Shown: one piece after another, positions 25,460 to 34,922 of the stretch
Position numbering within the stretch: position 1 is the stretch's first letter
Layout of the letters: the number at the start of each line of letters is the position of its first letter
Source: an uncultured Eubacteriales bacterium
GTDB taxonomy: Bacteria; Bacillota; Clostridia; Christensenellales; UBA1242
DNA length: 64,000 nt
Assembly (NCBI GenBank): GCA_902476355.1
Contig: CABSCS010000007.1
Span: 3,503-67,502 of the forward strand
Reading direction: 5' to 3'
Notes under the pieces: model-generated
What the model was told of the DNA's origin: nothing
The model's input: the letters and a program-made list of their open reading frames with translations, nothing else
Databases searched by the model: none
Position numbers and translations under genes: made by a program

Positions 25460-26716
25460 TTATGGCTTTTTAAAGTTTGTTTTTGAAAGGCTTTTTCCAT
25501 TTTCAAGCCCTCTTCCACACAAAGTTTGATACATTGAAACAGTTCCATTTCTCATTTGTGCTTGGGCAGACATTGGAACTTTGAGCATTGAAGCAGAATA
25601 AACATCTCTGTTTGATTGCATCAAAGCGTCCGGAACTGGTTTTTTTCCGTTTGAAAGTTCACGCTCTTTTTCTGCATTATAGAATGTTGCAAGCGCAAGT
25701 GCTTCATCTGGTTTTTCACAATTGTTTGCGCATTCACGGATATAGGCAAGCGCTGTGTTTCTTGCGTCAATTTCGTCTGGTTCTGAAAGATAGTCTGCAA
25801 AAGATTTGCTTGCGTTTGGATGAATAAGTGATGCCTTCAAAAGGCGTTCAGCCTCGGTTCTTGGTTGTTTGTCAAAATTCATGAACTGAACACGGTGTTG
25901 TGCTTCGTGAATGATTGTTGAAAGGATTTTATATGGAAGGGCAGTGTTGCCTTCTTCATACATTGCGTCCATTGCTGAAAGCAGGTGAGAGTTCAAATAG
26001 ATTGTTCCTTTTGCTGGGACATATTCGCCAAAACAAACAGATTTTGAGTCATGTGGCAAGTTCACAAGTTCAACGGCACAAGGAGCAACTCCGTTTGCAA
26101 GAAGAAAGTTGTTTGCAACTGCTTGGAACAAAACTTGTTTTTGACGGTCTGAAAGTGAATAGAAAACATTTGGCTTGAACATTGAAACAAGTTGATTTCT
26201 TGAAAGGTTGTCAAGGCTTCTTGTGTCAAGAACTGGCTTTTTTGTTGCAGTGAAACTGCTGTCTTTGAACTTTTCAAACGACCAATCAGCATAGTTCTTG
26301 GCTTTGTTTTCAATGATTTGAGTTTCAACTGTTTTTTTGGTGTTTGATTGCTCGGTTGGTTTTGTGTCTGAACCAGCGCCACTAGTTTGCTTGTTATTGT
26401 CTTCTTTTCTTTCAATTTCTTCTTTGATTTGTTCAATCATTTCAAGCAAAACTTCATCTTGCGAAAGGTTATAAAGTTTCATTAAAAGGGCAAGAAGTCT
26501 TGATTTGTCGCTTTTTGACAACTTTGCATAGCGCTCTGCGTCAAAATTGCGGTGCGTGAAATCAATTCCTGAAAGGTCTTTGATTTTGCTTTTAAGAGAA
26601 CTTATGTCGCGTTCTTCTTGAAGTTCAAGAACAGGAACTGGGATTGATGATCTGTATCTGTTCAAATATACAAAATATGATGAAACAAAATTTGATTTAT
26701 TTTCATTATTTGCCAT
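25460..26716 (-). CDS. hypothetical protein with HExxH zincin-like motif
   Basis: ..LSTIIHEAQHRVQF.. is followed about 40 aa later by ..EPDEIDAR.. (possible third ligand). The N-terminal half is K/E-rich and predicted helical or disordered. Confidence 0.5.
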   Translation of the reverse strand: MANNENKSNFVSSYFVYLNRYRSSIPVPVLELQEERDISSLKSKIKDLSGIDFTHRNFDAERYAKLSKSDKSRLLALLMKLYNLSQDEVLLEMIEQIKEEIERKEDNNKQTSGAGSDTKPTEQSNTKKTVETQIIENKAKNYADWSFEKFKDSSFTATKKPVLDTRSLDNLSRNQLVSMFKPNVFYSLSDRQKQVLFQAVANNFLLANGVAPCAVELVNLPHDSKSVCFGEYVPAKGTIYLNSHLLSAMDAMYEEGNTALPYKILSTIIHEAQHRVQFMNFDKQPRTEAERLLKASLIHPNASKSFADYLSEPDEIDARNTALAYIRECANNCEKPDEALALATFYNAEKERELSNGKKPVPDALMQSNRDVYSASMLKVPMSAQAQMRNGTVSMYQTLCGRGLENGKSLSKTNFKKP

Positions 26717-26765
26717 TTTTCTTCTCCATATATATTCATTATATCACATTTTTGTGATTTTTCAA
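26717..26765 (-). promoter_or_regulatory. promoter plus 21-nt 5'UTR cassette (shared with the 22411..23316 gene)
   Basis: Minus strand: TTGAAA-16 nt-TATAAT-GAATATATATGGAGAAGAAAA-ATG. Confidence 0.55.
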
Positions 26766-26831
26766 GAGATATTTGCGTTTTTAATTGACAGCATAAATGC
26801 GTGTTGTCATAATAAAAACAAGGAGAAAATT

Positions 26832-27185
26832 ATGAAAAAATCCACTTTGATTGTTCTTACAATTTTGTCTTCCTTGCTTGCAATTTTTGGATATTTCCAC
26901 ATTCCAATTTTGGGCGCACTTGGGGTTGATTTGTTCCCAAACCGAAGTTTTGTGTGGCTTTTGTTTTTGTTCCCTTTTGTGATTTTTTGCAACATTCCAC
27001 TTGTTCTTTGCATCATGAAGTTTAGAAACATGAAAAAGAAAAATAAAATGCAAAATGTTCAAAATGGCGAAATGGTTTCGGAAAATCAAAATAATGGTGA
27101 TTTAGCCAATTCAAACCAAGAAAAAAGTGATGAAAAATCAGAAACAACCACTGGTTCTGAAAACAATGTTAAAAGTGAAAAATAG
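26832..27185 (+). CDS. hypothetical small membrane protein
   Basis: The ATG at 26832 follows aaggagaaaatt. Two or three TM helices, then an N/S/E/K-rich tail. Confidence 0.55.
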   Translation: MKKSTLIVLTILSSLLAIFGYFHIPILGALGVDLFPNRSFVWLLFLFPFVIFCNIPLVLCIMKFRNMKKKNKMQNVQNGEMVSENQNNGDLANSNQEKSDEKSETTTGSENNVKSEK

Positions 27186-27373
27186 ATTTGAATTTGAAAG
27201 TTATTTATTTTATAAATAAAACTTTGAGAAACTTTCTTCAATAATCACTCATGAAGCGTTAAACCATGGTTGGTTTTCGAGATGGGTTTTAATGTTTGCA
27301 CGTTTTAGTTATACTAGATTACAATCATTAAAAACTAGACAAAGATAGTATATTTCAACATAACATCAGCATG

Positions 27374-27402
27374 AAAAAAAGAAGCAAATTTTGCTTCTTT
27401 TA
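27374..27402. terminator. bidirectional terminator
   Basis: aaaaaaagaagcaa-attt-tgcttctttt. Confidence 0.7.
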
Positions 27403-27448
27403 ATTTTGTTATTTTTTCAATTATTTTGTTTTTTTTAAACTTTATTTT

Positions 27449-27934
27449 TTATTTTTCAATTTCATAAACTGTGTTGCAATATGGGCAGAAAAGTTTGCCA
27501 TCTTTTTCAGCAAGTGTTCCGCCACAGTTTTCGCACTTTCCAAGTTTTTTCACTTTCGCAGTGTTGTTGTTTGCTTTGAAAGTTTCGCCGTCAAAAAGCA
27601 AGCCTGAAATATAGTTTTTTTCAATTGCTTTGTTCACTTTTTCTTTAACATCTTTTTCAGGAAGTTGAAGTTGGATTGCAATGTCTTTCACCGAATAAAT
27701 TTTTTCTTTTTCAATGGCATAAACAACTCTTTTAATTGCTTTATTTTCGCCATAGGAAATGAACCAAAGTGGGGTGCCATAGAACCCGTTAATGCCAAGA
27801 ATGATTCCCGCAGTCAGCATGATAGCCGATTTTCCTGCGCCAAAGATGATAAGCAAAATTCCTGCAACAAAACCAATTGCAGAAAAAATGCCAAAAGAAA
27901 GTTTGATTGAAATGTCTTTGTTAATTTTTTTCAT
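27449..27934 (-). CDS. hypothetical membrane protein with C-terminal zinc ribbon
   Basis: Two N-terminal TM helices, a helical middle, and C-terminal CENCGG..x..CPYCN. Confidence 0.55.
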   Translation of the reverse strand: MKKINKDISIKLSFGIFSAIGFVAGILLIIFGAGKSAIMLTAGIILGINGFYGTPLWFISYGENKAIKRVVYAIEKEKIYSVKDIAIQLQLPEKDVKEKVNKAIEKNYISGLLFDGETFKANNNTAKVKKLGKCENCGGTLAEKDGKLFCPYCNTVYEIEK

Positions 27935-27940
27935 GACTTT

Positions 27941-27986
27941 ATTATATTATATTTTTTCGTAATTTCAAAATGTTTGAAAACATTTT
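27941..27986 (-). promoter_or_regulatory. promoter abutting the ATG (leaderless predicted), with adjacent palindrome
   Basis: Minus strand: TTGAAA-16 nt-TATAAT-aaagtc-ATG. The palindrome AAAATGTTT-ga-AAACATTTT (27967-27986) overlaps the -35 box. Confidence 0.5.
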
Positions 27987-27996
27987 TATTTTTTCA

Positions 27997-28024
27997 ATAA
28001 AAAAAGTTCCAAAGCGGAACTTTT
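27997..28024 (-). terminator. terminator of the 28032..29705 gene
   Basis: Minus strand: agttcc-gcttt-ggaact followed by T7. Confidence 0.65.
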
Positions 28025-28031
28025 AAAATTG

Positions 28032-29705
28032 TTATGAATGTTTTTCGTCATCTTCGCTTATGGTGTGTGGTTGAGAACCGGTGAAAGATGAAACAAGTGC
28101 GTCTTCTTCGCTTTGCTCTGCTTCGGTGAATGTTGAAGTTTCTTCTTTGTTTTCGGCTTCTTTTTGTGCTCTCAAAGATTCTGGTGTGTGACATTGAATG
28201 CCTGCATATGAAATTGCAGTTTCATATTCGTCTTCTTTGGTTGTTTCAAGGTCAACACTTGTTGCAAGTCCATCAATCAAAACAGAAAGTTTGCGTTCAA
28301 GACGTTCTTTGGTTTCAAGAGTGCTGTAATAAACTTGTGATGCAAGACCCTTTTTGTCGCGAACTTGTTTAAGGCGAGTATTCAGCGAAGAAATTTGACT
28401 TTCAAGTGAAGAAATTTGACTTTCAATTTCGCTTATGGTTTTGTTGTCACGTTTTTCACGTGCTTTATAAACGCCAATAAGGTGATTTATAAATCTTCTG
28501 TCAAGCGAACGACTGCTTGTTCCAGTAAGGCGCTTGATATATGAATTGTTTGGGTTTTGTTCAAGGTTAGAAGAAAGAACAGTTTTGATTGTTGCAAGAG
28601 TTTTGTCCATTTGTTCTGGGTTTGCTTGAACGCGGTCGATGAATTTTGAGCCCATTCTTGTTTTGTTTAAAAGGTTCAAAACAAGGCGTGCGGTGTCGCC
28701 GTCAACGGCATACATTTTAAGAGCGTCATAGCCAAACACAACAGCATTGTCGCCATAGAACCCGAAAGTGAGGCCAGTTTTTTCATTGTGGATTGCTTTT
28801 TTGATTCCTTTCACAACATAGCGAAGGTTGTCTTGTCTTTGAATGTCCCAGTTGGTTGAATGATTTCTTTTAACAAGAAGGGTTTCGTTTCCAAGGTCAA
28901 CAATTTTGTCAATTGGATATGAACGATTTCTGCCTTTCTCGTCGATAAATCTTTTGTTTCCTTCAAAGTCGGTTGCAAGCCAGTGTCCATGAACGTTTTC
29001 AATTTTTGCATATTGGTCTGAAAGTGCTTGCATGTTTTGGTCGCAAACTGCAAATGCAGGTTTATATTTTGGTGCATAGTCAAATTCTGGATAAATTTCA
29101 ACAGCCTTTGCACCTTCTTGTTCTTCTTCATTTTCCTTTTCAATAAATTTTACAGAGCAAGGAAGGAAGTTTTCGTTAAGATAGTAGGTTGCTTGTTGAC
29201 CATAGTTATTCTTTTTCAAGGTTGTAACTTTTCTTTTGCCGTCTTCTAAAAGTTCAACAGAAGAATATTCTTCGGTCATAAATTTTGTTTGTGGGTCGGC
29301 ATTGATAATGAAAAATGTGCCACCAAACATTTTGTCTTCAACTTGAACAACTTTTTGGTCATCTGAAAGGAAAGATACACTGCTATATTTGCTGTCGTCT
29401 CCCATTTCAAAAATCTTTGTTCCGTCTTGACCATAGATTGTATATTTTTTGTCGGTGTCAAGTGTTGCAAAATGGTTTTGGTTTACAATTTTCTTTGCAT
29501 CGTCTGGTGCTTCAAATTTTGAAAATACATCAACAACATTTTTTTGCAAAACCTTTCCGTTTTCGAGAAGAGAATATCCAGGTGCAACTCTATATGGTCT
29601 TCTTGAATAGCCTCTTTGGAAAGTTATGTTATAGATTTCATCGTGTCCAATGTTTTCAACTTCTCCAAATCTAATTTTGTTTAAAATTCTTAAAAATATG
29701 TTCAT
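28032..29705 (-). CDS. hypothetical protein (beta-rich N-terminal two-thirds, coiled-coil/acidic C-terminus)
   Basis: Long ORF. Start uncertain: the ATG at 29705 lies 12 nt after AGGAGA, and the ORF remains open to 29747. Contains an in-frame 21-nt tandem duplication (ESQISSL x2). Confidence 0.55.
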   Translation of the reverse strand: MNIFLRILNKIRFGEVENIGHDEIYNITFQRGYSRRPYRVAPGYSLLENGKVLQKNVVDVFSKFEAPDDAKKIVNQNHFATLDTDKKYTIYGQDGTKIFEMGDDSKYSSVSFLSDDQKVVQVEDKMFGGTFFIINADPQTKFMTEEYSSVELLEDGKRKVTTLKKNNYGQQATYYLNENFLPCSVKFIEKENEEEQEGAKAVEIYPEFDYAPKYKPAFAVCDQNMQALSDQYAKIENVHGHWLATDFEGNKRFIDEKGRNRSYPIDKIVDLGNETLLVKRNHSTNWDIQRQDNLRYVVKGIKKAIHNEKTGLTFGFYGDNAVVFGYDALKMYAVDGDTARLVLNLLNKTRMGSKFIDRVQANPEQMDKTLATIKTVLSSNLEQNPNNSYIKRLTGTSSRSLDRRFINHLIGVYKAREKRDNKTISEIESQISSLESQISSLNTRLKQVRDKKGLASQVYYSTLETKERLERKLSVLIDGLATSVDLETTKEDEYETAISYAGIQCHTPESLRAQKEAENKEETSTFTEAEQSEEDALVSSFTGSQPHTISEDDEKHS

Positions 29706-29941
29706 AAAAAATTTAAATCTCCTTAAAAATCGCATAAATTTTATCACACAACCTGTGTTTCGTCAATAGTCAATTTTTGCCAAGGTGTTGAAATTTGCCG
29801 TTTTTTCGGGCTTTTTTATGCTTAAAAATATGAATGAAAGTTTTGACGTGTGAAATAAATATAATAAAATGTTAAAAAACATTAGTAAAAGAATAAAAAA
29901 TTTGATATATTGTTTACAATCAAAAAATTTGGGAGATTTTT

Positions 29942-30874
29942 ATGGAAAAACAAAAAATAATTTTCGACGTTGACCCAGGGGTTGACGATTGCATGGCGCT
30001 TATCATGGCTTTTTATGAACCAAGCATTGATGTGCAACTTGTAACAACAACTTTTGGAAACGTTTCAAACGCACAAACAACAAAAAATGCGTGCTTTATT
30101 GTTCAAAATTTTGCAGATAAAGACTATCCAGTTTATCAAGGTGCAGACAGAGGACTTAACACCCCTGTTCACAATGCAGCCGAAGTTCACGGAAGAACCG
30201 GTCTTGGAAACAAGATTGTTGCAGAAAACGTGACAAAAACTGTTGCAAACAAGCCAGGCTATGGTGCTGTTGAAGCAATGCGTGACACAATTTTGAAAAA
30301 TCCAGGAGAGATTACACTTGTTGCTGTTGGCCCTGTAACAAATGTTGCAAACCTTTTCACAAAATATCCAGAAACAATTGAAAAAATCAAAAGAGTTGTT
30401 CTTATGGTTGGCTCAATTGATGGAAAGGGAAGCATCACTCCATATGCAAGTTTCAACGCATATTGCGACCCAGACGCAGTTCAAATTGTGATTGACCAAG
30501 CAAAAAAAGTTCCAATCACAGTTTCAACCAAAGAAAACGGAACAACTTGCTATTTTGAAGATGACCAAAGAGAACGCTTTGCAAAATGCGGAAGACTTGG
30601 CCCACTTTTCTATGACCTTTGCGACGGCTATGTTGATAAAATTTTGCTTCCTGGTCAATATGCTCTTCACGATACTTGTGCACTCTTCACAATTTTGGAA
30701 GACGAAGAGTTCTTCACAAGAGAAAAGGTTTCAATGAAAATCAACACAACCTTTGATGAAAAAAGAGCACAAACCAAGTTCAGAAAATGTGCTTCAAGCA
30801 ACATTACGCTTATCACCGGTGTTGACAAGCAAAGAGTGATAAAAAGAATCGAGAAAATCTTAAAGAGAACATAG
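29942..30874 (+). CDS. nucleoside hydrolase (inosine/uridine-preferring, IUNH family)
   Basis: N-terminal fingerprint IIFDVDPGVDDCMAL (DxDxxxDD), plus a later ..HDT.. Confidence 0.85.
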   Translation: MEKQKIIFDVDPGVDDCMALIMAFYEPSIDVQLVTTTFGNVSNAQTTKNACFIVQNFADKDYPVYQGADRGLNTPVHNAAEVHGRTGLGNKIVAENVTKTVANKPGYGAVEAMRDTILKNPGEITLVAVGPVTNVANLFTKYPETIEKIKRVVLMVGSIDGKGSITPYASFNAYCDPDAVQIVIDQAKKVPITVSTKENGTTCYFEDDQRERFAKCGRLGPLFYDLCDGYVDKILLPGQYALHDTCALFTILEDEEFFTREKVSMKINTTFDEKRAQTKFRKCASSNITLITGVDKQRVIKRIEKILKRT

Positions 30875-30909
30875 AAAGGGTCTTATTTTGAAAAAATAAG
30901 AAATGGGTA

Positions 30910-30938
30910 TTGAAATTTGTGCCTCTTTGTGCTATAAT
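30910..30938 (+). promoter_or_regulatory. sigma-A-type promoter
   Basis: TTGAAA-17 nt-TATAAT (with TGc upstream of the -10). Confidence 0.55.
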
Positions 30939-30975
30939 AAGAGCATAAAAAAATACCTCAAAGGAGGAAATGCAA

Positions 30976-33900
30976 ATGGCAGATGATGAAAAAAGCAAAA
31001 CCGGCGAACAACAATCTGAAAACCAAAACGGACAAGGCAAGTCTGGTGGGGATGATAAAGGAGCAGGAACAACTCAAAAAGTTACAAATGACAGTGAAAA
31101 AGCACAAAGCAGTGCAAAAGCCCCAAAAGAAAAACCTTTGATTCCTGGTGGAGATGCAAGAAGTTATGCTGAACTTTATTTGTTCTCAGACGCAATGAGA
31201 GACATTGCTAATGACGGACCAGTAATGCAAACACTTCGCAGAAGAACCAATCTTTCAGAGGAAGATCGTGCACTTATTGACAGTTTCAATGGCAGTGCTG
31301 TTGGAGTTTCAAAATTCATGAAAGTGATTTCAAGATTCTATAATGATTTTGGCTTCAATCGTCCAATGAGCGAATCTGATCTTCGCAAATATTATGTCTA
31401 TGGAAAGTCTATCGCTTCTAAAAACGGAAAAATTCCGACTGAAGAAGAGGTTAACCAAGCCAAAGCAGACTATGACAGCAAAAAACAAGAAACCACAGAA
31501 GATGCAAAAAACAAAAAAGATAACGCAGAAAAGGGTTATAAAGTTGCAAAATCTGAGAAAAGAAAAGCAAACTGGAAAACCAGATTTGCAACCCTTGGTG
31601 TTGCAGGCTCTGCTCTTTTGGCGCTTGCAATTCCTGGATTGGTATTTGGAGGAGTTGTTGCAATTGCAACCGTTCCTGCAATTTCAATTGGATGGATGAC
31701 TGGTGGCGGTCTTGCACTTTTTGCTGGTGGCGTTGTTGCTCTTCGCTATGTTTTCCCAAGAACTTTGAAACTTTTTTCAAAAGCATGGAACTATTTGAAA
31801 GATAGATGGGCTGAACGAATGAAAGCAAGAGAAGCGAAAAGAGATGCTAAAAAACTTTTGAAAAAAGCAAAAGCGCAATATCGTTCAATTTCATCACAAA
31901 ACAACATGGACAATTGGTATGAGCAATATAGCCAAAAATATCCAGGCAAAGTTAAAGAACAAACACTTGAAGAAACTATTGAAACAACAATGGTTCCAGT
32001 TTCTGCACAAAATGCTAAAAACGACGAACAAGAAAAAATTGTTGTTCCAACTGGAAAAAGTGATGAAAGCAAAGAAAAAACTGGTGAAGGTGAACTAGAA
32101 TATTTGAAAGGCTATTCAGCAGAGGATAAAGCAATGTTTGCTGAATATGAAAAATTTCTTGAATCATCAACATTTGTTTCAGATATTGAAGATGAAAACC
32201 TTGGACAATTTGTAACCGACATGAAACTTAAAGATAAGAATTTTGACGGTGAAGCATTCAAGAAAAAATATAAAGAAATGCAAGCAAAGAAAAAAGCATT
32301 TGAAAACAAACAGCAATCTGTTTCAAATCCTTCTAAATCTGAAAAAGAAGAAAAAGAACCTGAAATTTCTGCTGAAAATGCAATGACACAAGAAGAGCAA
32401 GAAGAGTTCTTCAAAAAGTTTGAGGTAAGCAGAATTCAAAGCGGAAAAAATAAACAATCTCCAACAAAAGAAGAGTTGCACAATTTCGCGAAACAACAAC
32501 TTAAAGATCCAAATCTTTCACAAGAGCAAGCAACTGAATATTTTAAAGAATATCAAAAGTTTGCAATTGATCGTGCAGAAAGAGGAAAAGAACAATCAAC
32601 AAACATCAAGTTTGGCACTGATGGACAACTTGAATATAATGGTGACACAGCACCACGTGTTGAAGGAATTTTAAAAGACTTTGACGAGTCTAAAATCCCA
32701 GAAGGTGCAAAAGATTCAAGAGAAGCATTTGTTGCAGTTGCGCAAGAACATGGTGCAACCGAACTTGAAGCCGAACTTCTTTATCAAGACCAAAAAGAAA
32801 AAATTGATCAAACAATTGTTGTGAAAGACAAGGCTACTGATGCAGGAAGCACAGGAAGCGACACAACAGGTGATACAGTCGGTGAAACTGCTGGTGACAC
32901 AAACGTTGTTGAAGAAGTTGCAGAAACTGTTGCTGACACCGCTAAGGTTGTTGCAGAAAACATTGCTGCCGCAGCCACAGAAAAAGAAGTGAAAGAAGAA
33001 AAGAAAGCCGAAACAGAAGAAAAGAAAGACAGCACAAAGACAACTGCTGAAAAGGTTACTCCTGCTGCAAAACCAGCAGAACAAAAAGCAGAACAACCAA
33101 AATCAAAACACAACAGCCCATGGCTTGCAATCAACTGTTTCGAAGCAATTGGAAATGTTGCAACACAAGAACAAATTGAAGCAATCTATGCAAAAACTGG
33201 ATACAGAAGTCTTGAAGACGCTAAAAAGGCATATGCAAAATCAAAGAAAATTGAACCAAATGCGGTGAATGTTTTCCCTGGAGAAGGCAAAAAACCAAAC
33301 CGTCCATGGCTTGCAAAAACCATTGCTGAAACTGTTGGTGTAAAAAATCTTACTGATAACTATGCAAAACTTACTGGCTATACCGACCCTGAAAAAGCAG
33401 CGCTTAACTATGCAAAAACTCAATTTAGAAAAGCAAGCAAAGAAACTCTTCAAAAACTTTCAATTTCAAGTTGGAAAGAGTTGTCTGCAAAATCACCAGA
33501 AGATGTTGTTGCGCTTTGGAACAATCTTGAATATGAAAATAAGTCTAACTTGATTTCAACCCTTGATGGTCTTTCAGTCGAAGAGGTCGCAAAACTTACA
33601 GAGTCAATGCCAAATGGTATCAAACAATTTGTAAGAACTGGTGTTCATGTTCGTGCAAGAAAAGTTTCTGTTGAAAATGACGAACAAAAAGAAACACAAG
33701 TAAGAGAAGAACCTGTAAAAACCGAACCAAAAACAGAGGAAAAGAAAGCAGAACAAAAGCCTGCTGAGCAAAAGGTTGAAAAGAAACCAGAAGAAAAGAT
33801 TGAACTCAACAACAAAGAACCAGAACAAATGGTTGTGTTGTTTGACAGGTACCATGCATATCTTGCAGAAAATGGTTTAAACTGGCAAGAAGAAGGTCTT

Positions 33901-34572
33901 GACAACTTCATTAAATATATGACAGAAAGTCAAAGTCAACCTGCCGAACTTGCTCAAAGACTTTGGGGCTTCTATAAGGGTTATGAAGACAATCTTGTTT
34001 ATGAAGCAGAAAACGCAGAGAAACAAGAAAAACAACCTGAAAAAGAAGAGCCAGAAGTTGAAAAAACAGAGCAAGAACCTGAAAGAAAGGAAAATGCAGA
34101 AGAACAAAAATCTGAACCAGAAACAATCAAATTTTCTCAAAGAGAAATTGGAATTTATCAACTTTATGCAAACATCGAGGCTCAACAAGGCAGAAAACTT
34201 GATGCTGAAACCTTTGTAGCTTTTGCAATTGGACAAGGTGTTTCTCGTGAAAGAGCAGAAGAACTTTTCAATGAAATGTCTGCTGAAAAGCAAACTCAAA
34301 CTCCAAAAGCAGAAGAACAAGTTGAGAAGCGTGCACCAGAAGAGGAACGTGGACTTGATTTTGTTCTTGAAAGAATGGATGATCCAAGCATGACTGCATT
34401 GTTCAGAGCATTTGCTCTCACAGAAAAAGGAAAAGCATTGCTTCCTCAACTTGATGAATATGTTAAAAACATTTTAAAGAGCGATGATCCAAACTATGCA
34501 TACACTCTTGTAACAAACTTCTATAACAAACATGTTAAAGTGAAAGAAGACGATTCTGAATTGGATCGTTGA
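30976..34572 (+). CDS. large hypothetical membrane-anchored K/E-rich repeat protein (about 1198 aa)
   Basis: The ATG at 30976 lies 8 nt after GGAGG (the ATG at 30970 is too close). Two adjacent TM helices near aa 205-260. Long low-complexity K/E/A/T tracts. Internal repeats such as (S/R)PWLA..x..YAK(L)TGY..x..YAK. Confidence 0.6.
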   Translation: MADDEKSKTGEQQSENQNGQGKSGGDDKGAGTTQKVTNDSEKAQSSAKAPKEKPLIPGGDARSYAELYLFSDAMRDIANDGPVMQTLRRRTNLSEEDRALIDSFNGSAVGVSKFMKVISRFYNDFGFNRPMSESDLRKYYVYGKSIASKNGKIPTEEEVNQAKADYDSKKQETTEDAKNKKDNAEKGYKVAKSEKRKANWKTRFATLGVAGSALLALAIPGLVFGGVVAIATVPAISIGWMTGGGLALFAGGVVALRYVFPRTLKLFSKAWNYLKDRWAERMKAREAKRDAKKLLKKAKAQYRSISSQNNMDNWYEQYSQKYPGKVKEQTLEETIETTMVPVSAQNAKNDEQEKIVVPTGKSDESKEKTGEGELEYLKGYSAEDKAMFAEYEKFLESSTFVSDIEDENLGQFVTDMKLKDKNFDGEAFKKKYKEMQAKKKAFENKQQSVSNPSKSEKEEKEPEISAENAMTQEEQEEFFKKFEVSRIQSGKNKQSPTKEELHNFAKQQLKDPNLSQEQATEYFKEYQKFAIDRAERGKEQSTNIKFGTDGQLEYNGDTAPRVEGILKDFDESKIPEGAKDSREAFVAVAQEHGATELEAELLYQDQKEKIDQTIVVKDKATDAGSTGSDTTGDTVGETAGDTNVVEEVAETVADTAKVVAENIAAAATEKEVKEEKKAETEEKKDSTKTTAEKVTPAAKPAEQKAEQPKSKHNSPWLAINCFEAIGNVATQEQIEAIYAKTGYRSLEDAKKAYAKSKKIEPNAVNVFPGEGKKPNRPWLAKTIAETVGVKNLTDNYAKLTGYTDPEKAALNYAKTQFRKASKETLQKLSISSWKELSAKSPEDVVALWNNLEYENKSNLISTLDGLSVEEVAKLTESMPNGIKQFVRTGVHVRARKVSVENDEQKETQVREEPVKTEPKTEEKKAEQKPAEQKVEKKPEEKIELNNKEPEQMVVLFDRYHAYLAENGLNWQEEGLDNFIKYMTESQSQPAELAQRLWGFYKGYEDNLVYEAENAEKQEKQPEKEEPEVEKTEQEPERKENAEEQKSEPETIKFSQREIGIYQLYANIEAQQGRKLDAETFVAFAIGQGVSRERAEELFNEMSAEKQTQTPKAEEQVEKRAPEEERGLDFVLERMDDPSMTALFRAFALTEKGKALLPQLDEYVKNILKSDDPNYAYTLVTNFYNKHVKVKEDDSELDR

Positions 34573-34582
34573 TAATTTTAAC

Positions 34583-34623
34583 AAAAAAAACAAATCCGTG
34601 GGCGACTGCGGGTTTGTTTTTTT
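34583..34623 (+). terminator. rho-independent terminator
   Basis: acaaatccg-tgggcgact-gcgggtttgt followed by T7. Confidence 0.65.
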
Positions 34624-34922
34624 GTGGCTTGAAAAAGAAAGATGACCAATAAAATGTGTTTGATTGTTTTTAAATACGCTTGATATACAAAATCTGAAAT
34701 CAACGAGAATTTATGATTGTGAATGGTTGATTCAAATTTTAAACAGATGCAAAAATAATTGTAAAAATCTAGGGCAAAAAGCATTTCATAATTTACTGGT
34801 TCAAGGTGAAATTTTATGAAATTGACAAAAACAGACATGCCAAAGTTGTTGATTGTTTTATTTTTGTTTAAAAAGGTTTTAAAATTTCAAAAAGTGTGAT
34901 ATTATTTTTGCGGAGAAAGAAA

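Noticed and set aside
28387-28428. 21-nt tandem duplication (gaagaaatttgactttcaagt / ...caatt) as a possible repeat element
   Set aside because: It is in-frame within the 28032..29705 ORF and simply duplicates a heptad (ESQISSL) of its coiled-coil. This is a slippage polymorphism, not an independent feature.
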